From Clostridiaceae bacterium (GTDB lineage Bacteria > Bacillota > Clostridia > Saccharofermentanales > DTU023): a DNA stretch of 60,602 bases. Shown here in pieces: positions 10,352 through 17,403 of this stretch (position 1 is the first letter of the stretch; each line of letters opens with the position of its first letter). The notes under the pieces were generated by a model. The model made no database searches. It saw only the letters and a list, made by a program, of their open reading frames with translations, and was not told where the DNA came from. Where the stretch lies: assembly GCA_012519085.1 (NCBI GenBank), contig JAAYQX010000028.1, forward strand, positions 1 to 60,602. Reading direction: 5' to 3'. A program made the translations under genes and the position numbers.

Positions 10352-10360
10352 AGCCAATAT

Positions 10361-10410
10361 AATCCGAACTTAATCTTTCGTATCGAAGATGGGTTCGGAT
10401 TATTTGCTTA
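10361..10410 (+). terminator. rho-independent terminator after tRNA-Leu
   Basis: 9-bp stem AATCCGAAC (10361-10369) / GTTCGGATT (10393-10401), followed by ATTTGCTTATT. Confidence 0.5.
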
Positions 10411-10467
10411 TTGGGAGCGGCTTAAATCGGCAGTTAACTATTCTGTGTTGTTTGCTAGCGCCGACAC

Positions 10468-10496
10468 TTGACCTCAAAATTCGTTAGCGATATAAT
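10468..10496 (+). promoter_or_regulatory. candidate sigma-A promoter of the B12-regulated operon
   Basis: TTGACC (10468-10473), 17 nt, then TATAAT (10491-10496), immediately upstream of the riboswitch. Confidence 0.5.
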
Positions 10497-10507
10497 AATG
10501 GAATTGA

Positions 10508-10680
10508 ATATTTATTGGGAACAGGTCATGGAAGTTGGGTGTGAATCCCGCGCAAGACCGTTGCTGTAATTCGCTAAAATCTTTGGATAAACGCCACTGG
10601 AGCAATCCGGGAAGGCATCCGAAAGAAGCATCCCTTAGGAGATGCAGGCGATAAGCCAGAATACTTGCCTAGTTCCCTGC
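10508..10680 (+). promoter_or_regulatory. cobalamin (B12) riboswitch aptamer
   Basis: Conserved elements appear in the right order: GGGAA (10517), GGGTGTGAATCCC (10537-10549), GCCACTG (10593-10599), CCGGGAAGGC (10607-10616) and the B12-box-like AGCCAGAATACTTGCC (10654-10669). GGGAAC (10517-10522) can pair with GTTCCC (10672-10677). Confidence 0.8.
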
Positions 10681-10783
10681 CGTACGCAATGCGGTGTATT
10701 CAGCTCTGCGCGTCTCCGGAGCAATGGACTTTAGTGAAAGATCTAATTTTAGAGCATTTTCACTGTTATTATTGCTTGTAACG

Positions 10784-10818
10784 CCCGTTCGCAGAGTTGG
10801 ATGCGAACGGGTTTTTGT
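10784..10818 (+). terminator. intrinsic terminator, likely the riboswitch expression platform
   Basis: Stem CCCGTTCGC (10784-10792) / GCGAACGGG (10803-10811) followed by TTTTTGT, 70 nt upstream of the first ORF. Confidence 0.6.
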
Positions 10819-10887
10819 ATTGTCGTCACCCATACGCGATTTCCGTATGGAGACAACAAATAAATAAACAAAAATGGAGGAAAAACG

Positions 10888-11823
10888 ATGAAACAGTATA
10901 AAAATATTCTGGTCATCGCACTGGCACTAACATTTGTCTTGTCTCTTGCCGCCTGTGGCAAGTCTGAGAAGCCCACATCTACCGACACTCCCGAGGAAAC
11001 CACAGCAAACGCCCTTGAGTCCGCTCCGACTTCAGAGGCCATGAAGCCTGTGCTGTTGGTAGTAAGTTTCGGCACCAGTTATAACGAGAGTAGGGATATT
11101 ACCATCGGCGCGATTGAAAAAGCACTTGCCGATGCCTACCCTGATTATGAGGTGCGCCGCGCATTTACAAGTCAGATCATAATCGACATCCTGAAAGAGC
11201 GCGACAAGCTGGAAATCGATAATGTAACTGAGGCCATGGATCGCCTCGTCGCTGACGGCGTGAAGGATGTTGTCATCCAACCCACCCATGTAATGAACGG
11301 CTACGAATACGACGATGTGATTGCTGAGGTCACACCATATAAGGATAAATTCGATAGTTTTAAGATCGGTGAACCGCTCCTTATTTCAGATGAGGATTAT
11401 GACGACGTCGTTTCCGCCATCACCACGCAAACCGCTACTTATGATGTGGAAGGCACGGCCATCGTGTTCATGGGACACGGTACCGAACATGAAGCCAATG
11501 CCACCTACGCAAAGCTGCAGCAGAAGCTTATTGACGCAGGTCATAACAATTACTTTGTTGGCACCGTAGAAGCTGAGCCAACTGTAGAGGATGTGCTGGC
11601 TATGGTACAGGCCAGCGACGCTAAAAAGGTCGTCCTTCTGCCTTTGATGATCGTGGCAGGTGACCATGCTAACAACGATATGGCAGGCGACGAAGAAGAT
11701 TCCTGGAAATCCGTCTTTGAGGCTAATGGTTTTGAGGTGGAATGTGTCCTTGAGGGTCTGGGCCAGAACACTGCAATTCACCAGATTTATATTAAACACG
11801 TAAAAGCTGCCATAGAGCAGTAA
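10888..11823 (+). CDS. cbiK: exported lipoprotein homologue of sirohydrochlorin cobaltochelatase CbiK
   Basis: Signal peptide with lipobox LAAC-G and a T/P/E/S-rich linker. The full CbiK fold pattern follows (VVSFGTSY, FMGHGTEH, LPLMIVAGDHANNDM). SD GGAGGAAAA. First gene after the B12 riboswitch. Confidence 0.8.
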   Translation: MKQYKNILVIALALTFVLSLAACGKSEKPTSTDTPEETTANALESAPTSEAMKPVLLVVSFGTSYNESRDITIGAIEKALADAYPDYEVRRAFTSQIIIDILKERDKLEIDNVTEAMDRLVADGVKDVVIQPTHVMNGYEYDDVIAEVTPYKDKFDSFKIGEPLLISDEDYDDVVSAITTQTATYDVEGTAIVFMGHGTEHEANATYAKLQQKLIDAGHNNYFVGTVEAEPTVEDVLAMVQASDAKKVVLLPLMIVAGDHANNDMAGDEEDSWKSVFEANGFEVECVLEGLGQNTAIHQIYIKHVKAAIEQ

Positions 11824-11842
11824 AAACATCTTAATTTGAATT

Positions 11843-11889
11843 GTGCGCGCGTCGTGGAAACAATTTTAGTTTCACTTCGACGCGCGCAC
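11843..11889 (+). other. intercistronic GC-rich stem-loop
   Basis: Perfect 12-bp inverted repeat GTGCGCGCGTCG / CGACGCGCGCAC, extended by GTGGAAAC/GTTTCAC. No U-tract follows. Confidence 0.6.
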
Positions 11890-11917
11890 AGCATGTATAA
11901 CGTAAAGGAAAAACCGT

Positions 11918-12451
11918 ATGAAAAAATGGATAAATATTTTTCTCGGATCTCTGCTAGTCACATTGCTCCTTATCGGTTGCACAAAACAAAGCACACCAAC
12001 TTCTGAGTCGTCGTCCGCGGTCTTAGAAACACCGGTTGTTACTACTGCGCAGGAGACTACTGCGACACCGGAGCCACAGCCTATCTATGCCGGACAGATC
12101 AAAGAAGGAACATATGCCATCAATGTTTTATCTAGTTCTTCAATGTTTCGTGTGGTAGACGCGCAGCTTATAGTCGCGGATGGAGCGATGACCTGCATAA
12201 TGACCATGAGCGGTAAGGGCTACGGCAAACTCTATATGGGTACCGGCGCAGAGGCGCTTGCAGATACAGAGGATCATACGATTCCGTCCGTCATCAACAC
12301 CGAAGGAGCAGTGACCTTTGAAGTGCCGGTGGAAGCGCTCGACATGGACATAGACTGCGCCGCATGGAGTATAAGAAAGGAATCGTGGTACGACCGAGTA
12401 CTGGTGTTCCAATCCGCTCTGATTCCCAAGGAAGCGATCATATCGGAATAA
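11918..12451 (+). CDS. lipoprotein of unknown function (B12-regulon member)
   Basis: 177 aa with lipobox LIGC-T, an S/T/P/E linker and a ~120-aa probably beta-rich domain. I recognise no family. Confidence 0.6.
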   Translation: MKKWINIFLGSLLVTLLLIGCTKQSTPTSESSSAVLETPVVTTAQETTATPEPQPIYAGQIKEGTYAINVLSSSSMFRVVDAQLIVADGAMTCIMTMSGKGYGKLYMGTGAEALADTEDHTIPSVINTEGAVTFEVPVEALDMDIDCAAWSIRKESWYDRVLVFQSALIPKEAIISE

Positions 12452-12536
12452 ATCATGAGCAAGTGCGGTTAACATGAGCCATCCGCGCTTGATTTCATAA
12501 AGTAACGTGGAAAGTGTACTAAAAAGGATAAACTTA

Positions 12537-13682
12537 ATGGATTTGAAACGGTTTTTATCCCTCGCACTTTGTGCACTATTTCTTTTCTCTATGGTAGGTT
12601 GTACCGAAAGTGCCCATGTGAACCGTAGAGATCTAGGCAACGGCTGGGAAATAGAGAGCAGTATGCCACTTCAATACGCCACGCAATTTTCCGTCGACTA
12701 TTATGCGGGCGGCTACAAACTCATCTGTCTGTCCGATAATAGTCGGTTTTTGATCGTTCCTGAGGATGCAGAAGCACCTGCAGGCATCGATAAAGATATT
12801 ACGATTTTGCATCAGCCTATCCAGAATATTTACCTTGTTGCGACCTCAGCCATGTGCCTGTTTGATGCGCTGGACGCGCTGGACGCAATCAGTTTATCCG
12901 GTACGAAGGCTGAGAATTGGTACAGCGAGAATGCCCGCTCGGCAATGGAAAACGGCAAAATTCTTTATGCCGGAAAATACAGCGAGCCCGATTATGAGTT
13001 GATTTTGTCGAGTGGCTGCGAGTTAGCCATTGAATCCACAATGATCTCCCATGCTCCGGAAGTAAAAGAGAAGCTGCTTGATTTGGGCATCTCTGTACTG
13101 ATTGACCAATCGAGTTACGAAAAACATCCCTTGGGCAGAACGGAATGGATCAAGTTCTACGCCGCTCTTCTCAATAAGGAAAGTAATGCTGAGGCCCTTT
13201 TCGTGGACCAGGTTGGATTTCTGAACGAAGCCGCCGCACAAGAGAACACAGGAAAGACAGTAGCATTTTTCTATATCAGTACCTCAGGCTACGCCGTGGC
13301 GCGGAAATCCGGTGATTACGTAACCAAGATGATTGAGCTGGCGGGTGGCAACTATATCTTCAGCGATCTCGGCGACCCTGAAACCGCTACTTCTATGGTC
13401 ACGCTGGAAATGGAAAAATTTTATGCGACCGCTAAGGATGCGGACTTCATTATTTACAATAGCACTATTAGCGGTGAACTAAAAAACTTAGATGAGCTGA
13501 TAGCCAAAAACGAGCTGCTCAGGGATTTTAAAGCAGTACAAAATGGGAATGTTTGGTGTACCAATCAAAACCTTTTTCAGGAAACAACACAGCTAGGACG
13601 GATGATTCTTGATATCAACAGGATGCTTGTACAAGACGACCCCACTGTTACGAGGCTTAACTTCTTGTATAAGCTCCAATAG
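12537..13682 (+). CDS. ABC transporter substrate-binding lipoprotein, BtuF/FhuD (cluster A) type
   Basis: Lipobox MVGC-T. Periplasmic-binding-protein pattern typical of iron-siderophore/cobalamin SBPs. ATG 12537 (SD AAAAAGGA) is preferred over GTG 12507. Confidence 0.8.
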   Translation: MDLKRFLSLALCALFLFSMVGCTESAHVNRRDLGNGWEIESSMPLQYATQFSVDYYAGGYKLICLSDNSRFLIVPEDAEAPAGIDKDITILHQPIQNIYLVATSAMCLFDALDALDAISLSGTKAENWYSENARSAMENGKILYAGKYSEPDYELILSSGCELAIESTMISHAPEVKEKLLDLGISVLIDQSSYEKHPLGRTEWIKFYAALLNKESNAEALFVDQVGFLNEAAAQENTGKTVAFFYISTSGYAVARKSGDYVTKMIELAGGNYIFSDLGDPETATSMVTLEMEKFYATAKDADFIIYNSTISGELKNLDELIAKNELLRDFKAVQNGNVWCTNQNLFQETTQLGRMILDINRMLVQDDPTVTRLNFLYKLQ

Positions 13683-13695
13683 AGAAAGGAACCGC

Positions 13696-14715
13696 ATGGA
13701 AAGCATCGAAATAAAGCGACGCGCAAGAATTTGGATCGTTTTTATTGCGCTGCTTGCAGCGTTTTTTATCCTGGTTAGCCTCAACGTGATGCTGGGCAGC
13801 GTGCAATCATCCATTTCTGATACGCTCAGCGCCCTGTTCGGGCGCGGCGGCGATATGGCGGATATATTATGGAAGATACGACTCCCGCGTATGCTGGCGT
13901 GCGTGCTTTTAGGCGGTGCGCTTGCACTTTCGGGCTTCCTGCTGCAGACCTTTTTCAACAATCCTATTGCTGGTCCGTACGTACTGGGCATTTCCTCCGG
14001 TGCAAAGCTGACCGTAGCCCTCGTGATGGTTCTGGTGCTCGGTGCGCATAAGAGCGTCGGTTCTGTAGTATTGATCGGAGCGGCATTTGTGGGTGCAATG
14101 ATTTCCATGGGATTTGTCCTATTAATCTCGCAGATAATACGACGCTCGGCAATGCTTATCGTCAGCGGTGTGATGCTCGGCTACATCTTCTCCGCCATCA
14201 CGGACTTCATCATCACTTTCGCTGATGACGCGAGCATCGTAAATTTGCACAACTGGTCGCGAGGTAGCTTTTCAGGCATCTCATGGGACAATGTACGGGT
14301 GATGGCCGTGGTCGTGATCGTCACTTCATGCCTCGTATTTCTTCTGTCTAAACCCATTGGCGCATTTCAACTTGGTGAAAGCTACGCCAAGAGCGTGGGT
14401 GTGAACGTCGGGGCATTTCGAGTGGCGCTGGTACTGCTCTCGAGCGTACTCTCCGCCTGTGTAACCGCTTTCGCAGGACCGATATCCTTTGTGGGTATCG
14501 CAGTACCACATATAGTCAAGGCGCTTTTAAAAACTTCGCGCCCGTTGCTTGTCATACCAGTATGTTTCCTGGGCGGGGCTATTTTTTGTCTGGGCTGCGA
14601 CCTGATTGCGCGTACACTGTTTGCACCGTTGGAGCTTAGCATCAGCTCCGTAACTGCAGTATTCGGCGCGCCTGTCGTCATCACCGCGCTGCTTAAAAAG
14701 CGTGCGAGGAGCTGA
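13696..14715 (+). CDS. FecCD/BtuC-family ABC permease
   Basis: About 340 aa and polytopic, with RLPRMLACVLLGGALALSGFLLQ and other FecCD-family patterns. ATG 13696 (SD AGAAAGGAA) is preferred over the track start 13609, which overlaps the SBP gene. Confidence 0.85.
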   Translation: MESIEIKRRARIWIVFIALLAAFFILVSLNVMLGSVQSSISDTLSALFGRGGDMADILWKIRLPRMLACVLLGGALALSGFLLQTFFNNPIAGPYVLGISSGAKLTVALVMVLVLGAHKSVGSVVLIGAAFVGAMISMGFVLLISQIIRRSAMLIVSGVMLGYIFSAITDFIITFADDASIVNLHNWSRGSFSGISWDNVRVMAVVVIVTSCLVFLLSKPIGAFQLGESYAKSVGVNVGAFRVALVLLSSVLSACVTAFAGPISFVGIAVPHIVKALLKTSRPLLVIPVCFLGGAIFCLGCDLIARTLFAPLELSISSVTAVFGAPVVITALLKKRARS

Positions 14716-14717
14716 TC

Positions 14718-15830
14718 ATGGACTACTTTTTCTCTACCAAGCAGTTAACTGTTGGTTACAATGGCACGCCACTCATCAGGGACATTGAGATCAGACTTCA
14801 AAAGGGCCGTATCTTGACGCTCATTGGACCCAACGGTGCAGGCAAATCCACGATTTTAATGAGTATCACCAGACAACTCAAAAGCATCGCAGGTACGATA
14901 TACATCGGCGATCGCTCCATCGAGGAAATGACGAACCGCGATCTTTCGCATCACTTATCTGTCGTGCTGACCGAAAGGCTGCGCACGGAACTGATGACCT
15001 GTGAGGAAATCGTAGAAACGGGGCGCTACCCTTATACGGGCATGCTTGGCATTCTCTCCGCTGCGGACAAGGCTGCGGTGCGCGAAGCTATGAAACTAGT
15101 GAATGTAGCTGATCTCAAAGACCGCGATTTCATGTGCATAAGCGACGGACAGCGCCAGCGCGTTCTGCTTGCACGTGCCATTTGCCAACAACCCGAGATC
15201 CTTGTACTGGACGAGCCGACTTCCTATCTGGATATCCGTTACGAATTAGAGCTGCTCGATATTCTGCGCGACATGGCCGAAGAGCGTGGCATTACTATTA
15301 TCCTATCTCTGCACAATCTGAGTTTGGCACAGCGAGTATCAGACGACGTGATGTGCGTTAAGGGCGAAACCATATCCCATTACGGTAGTGCGGAGGAAAT
15401 TTTCCAGCGCAACTTGATCCATGAGCTTTACGGCCTCACAGATGGCAGCTACAATCCGGTTTTCGGGAGCGTAGAAATGAAGCGTCCCCCAGGTACACCG
15501 CACGTATTCGTTATCGCCGGTGGCGGTACGGGCATTGAAGCTTATAGGACACTGCAAAAGAAGAGGATTCCTTTCATCACGGGAGTACTCCACGAAAATG
15601 ATATTGACTATCAGGTGGCGCACGACATTGCAAGCTGTGTGATCTCGGAACACGGTTTTTGTCCGATTACGGATTCATCCTATCAGCAGGCTCTTGAGAA
15701 ACTCCACACCTGTGATACGGTTGTGAACTGCCTTGTGGAATACGGTGAGATCAACGCCCGCAACCGTGAACTATTTGAACAGGCGCGGTTGCTTGGATGC
15801 AAAGTGGTTGAAAACGTGGCTACATTATAG
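14718..15830 (+). CDS. ABC transporter ATP-binding protein (FepC/BtuD type) with a ~120-aa C-terminal extension
   Basis: Walker A GPNGAGKST, signature ISDGQRQRV and Walker B ILVLDEPTSYLD. Residues ~251-370 lie beyond the normal ABC cassette. Confidence 0.85.
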   Translation: MDYFFSTKQLTVGYNGTPLIRDIEIRLQKGRILTLIGPNGAGKSTILMSITRQLKSIAGTIYIGDRSIEEMTNRDLSHHLSVVLTERLRTELMTCEEIVETGRYPYTGMLGILSAADKAAVREAMKLVNVADLKDRDFMCISDGQRQRVLLARAICQQPEILVLDEPTSYLDIRYELELLDILRDMAEERGITIILSLHNLSLAQRVSDDVMCVKGETISHYGSAEEIFQRNLIHELYGLTDGSYNPVFGSVEMKRPPGTPHVFVIAGGGTGIEAYRTLQKKRIPFITGVLHENDIDYQVAHDIASCVISEHGFCPITDSSYQQALEKLHTCDTVVNCLVEYGEINARNRELFEQARLLGCKVVENVATL

Positions 15831-15861
15831 GGTTCTAATTTTGATTGCTCCGCGCACCAAA

Positions 15862-15897
15862 GAGTCTTGCAGCCGTGAGCTGCAGGACTTCTTTATA
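15862..15897 (+). terminator. rho-independent terminator of the B12 uptake operon
   Basis: Stem GTCTTGCAGC (15864-15873) / GCTGCAGGAC (15879-15888) followed by TTCTTTAT. Confidence 0.55.
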
Positions 15898-16009
15898 ATT
15901 CCCAACTATTTTAAATAATCTTTATAATTCATCATAATTTTAAGATATACTGTAAACATAAATATGGTTTTTCTACCAAGCAAATATAATCTATCCCGGA
16001 GGTATGTCT

Positions 16010-17266
16010 ATGTCTAAATTCTTTATCAAATGCGGCAAATTTTTTGATGGTGTCAATCAGGAGTGGCTGCATGATATCAAAATCCTGGTCGAAGCCGATC
16101 GCATCACAGCTGTCGGCGCTGAGCTGGAACAGCCGGCTGATGCCGAACTGGTTGATCTGTCCGCTTTAACAGTGACACCCGGCCTGATCGATACACATGC
16201 TCACTTTGACTTTGTCGGTCCCAATGCCTTTGATACTTTTGCCCATATGTTATCTGACGAACGCCGGTCAATGAATATCTTGCACTGTGCTCGAAAATCA
16301 TTAATGAACGGCTTCACTTCAATCCGCATACCAGGTACATCAATCAACAGCTATGGTCCGATTGATGCCCGAGATGCTATCGCTGCAGGAGATTTCGTTG
16401 GCTCCCGTCTCTTTGTGGCAGTTCACAATATGGGCGTCAGTGGTGGTCACGCAGATTATTCTTCTGCTTTCTACACTTATCCTGATCTGTCCGATGCCAT
16501 GGAGGCACTGAATCCCTTCCTTGGGCACGGACCTGACTTCTATCGCAAGGCGGTTCGCAAGGAAGTAAAATATGGCGCCGACTTCATCAAAATTTATGCG
16601 GGCGGCGGCTTTGCTTCCCCTAATGATGATCCTGCCGACTGCGAATTGGATGATGAAGAGCTGCGTACCATCATTGACACTGCCAATAAGTTAAACCGCC
16701 GCACGACTGCCCACTGCTACACCTCCGAGCTGGCACAGAAACTGCTCAATATGGGTATCAGCGGTATCGAACATGGCTCTTTAATTGATGAGGAGACTTG
16801 TGATCTATTCATAGAAAAGGGCGCTTATCTGGTCTGTACTTTCCTGCCCTATGATGAAGCGGTCAATATGGATGAAGAAAAGCTGGCGACCAAGAGTAAG
16901 CATTTCATCCGTAAACTTCTGAAATATGTCGACCAATTGCGCGCTACCCGCAAGCTCATCATTCAGAAGATCCTGGAAGATAAGATGATTATCGGCTATG
17001 GAACCGATATCGTCTCAGTCTACGACAATACTGAAAATTGGCGCGAGTATGCCATCTGGCGCAAGAGCGGGATCCCTGCGCTCCGCACATTAAAAGCTGC
17101 TACCAGCGCCAATGCCGCCATTATAGGCAATGATGAAATAGGCGTCCTGGCACCCGGCAAGATCGCTGATATCGTTGCCTGGGCTAAAGACGTGGAAAAT
17201 GATGTCGAAGCAATTTCCGAATGCTCTTTTGTCATGAAAGATGGCGTTATTTACAAGCACGCTTGA
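16010..17266 (+). CDS. metal-dependent amidohydrolase family protein (COG1228-like)
   Basis: Contains PGLIDTHAHF (HxH metal motif) with later HCYT, GIEHGS and GTD motifs of the amidohydrolase superfamily. ATG 16010 has better spacing to GGAGG than ATG 16004. Confidence 0.7.
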   Translation: MSKFFIKCGKFFDGVNQEWLHDIKILVEADRITAVGAELEQPADAELVDLSALTVTPGLIDTHAHFDFVGPNAFDTFAHMLSDERRSMNILHCARKSLMNGFTSIRIPGTSINSYGPIDARDAIAAGDFVGSRLFVAVHNMGVSGGHADYSSAFYTYPDLSDAMEALNPFLGHGPDFYRKAVRKEVKYGADFIKIYAGGGFASPNDDPADCELDDEELRTIIDTANKLNRRTTAHCYTSELAQKLLNMGISGIEHGSLIDEETCDLFIEKGAYLVCTFLPYDEAVNMDEEKLATKSKHFIRKLLKYVDQLRATRKLIIQKILEDKMIIGYGTDIVSVYDNTENWREYAIWRKSGIPALRTLKAATSANAAIIGNDEIGVLAPGKIADIVAWAKDVENDVEAISECSFVMKDGVIYKHA

Positions 17267-17297
17267 TCTTATTTTAGACTTTGATCAAATTTAAGGA

Positions 17298-17349
17298 GGC
17301 AATCCTGTCGCAGAATCTGCGGTTAAGGCTGCCCCCTTTATTTTGTTTT
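17298..17349 (+). terminator. rho-independent terminator after the amidohydrolase gene
   Basis: Interrupted stem GGCA..CCT..CGCAG / CTGCG..AGG..TGCC (17298-17333) followed by CCCTTTATTTTGTTTT. Confidence 0.55.
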
Positions 17350-17403
17350 CAACTCTACTATAACCGCCAGTATTAAGTCATACTGCGTCTAACTGCCGCC
17401 GGC

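Noticed and set aside
10172-10357. 61-aa minus-strand ORF
   Set aside because: It overlaps the tRNA-Leu gene almost completely, and the tRNA call is much better supported.
10391-10401. GGGTTCGGATT after tRNA-Leu resembling the tRNA T-arm GGGTTCGATT, considered as an att-site duplicate marking an integrated element
   Set aside because: The match covers only ~10 nt with an indel, and it forms the 3' arm of the tRNA terminator hairpin. There is no integrase nearby.
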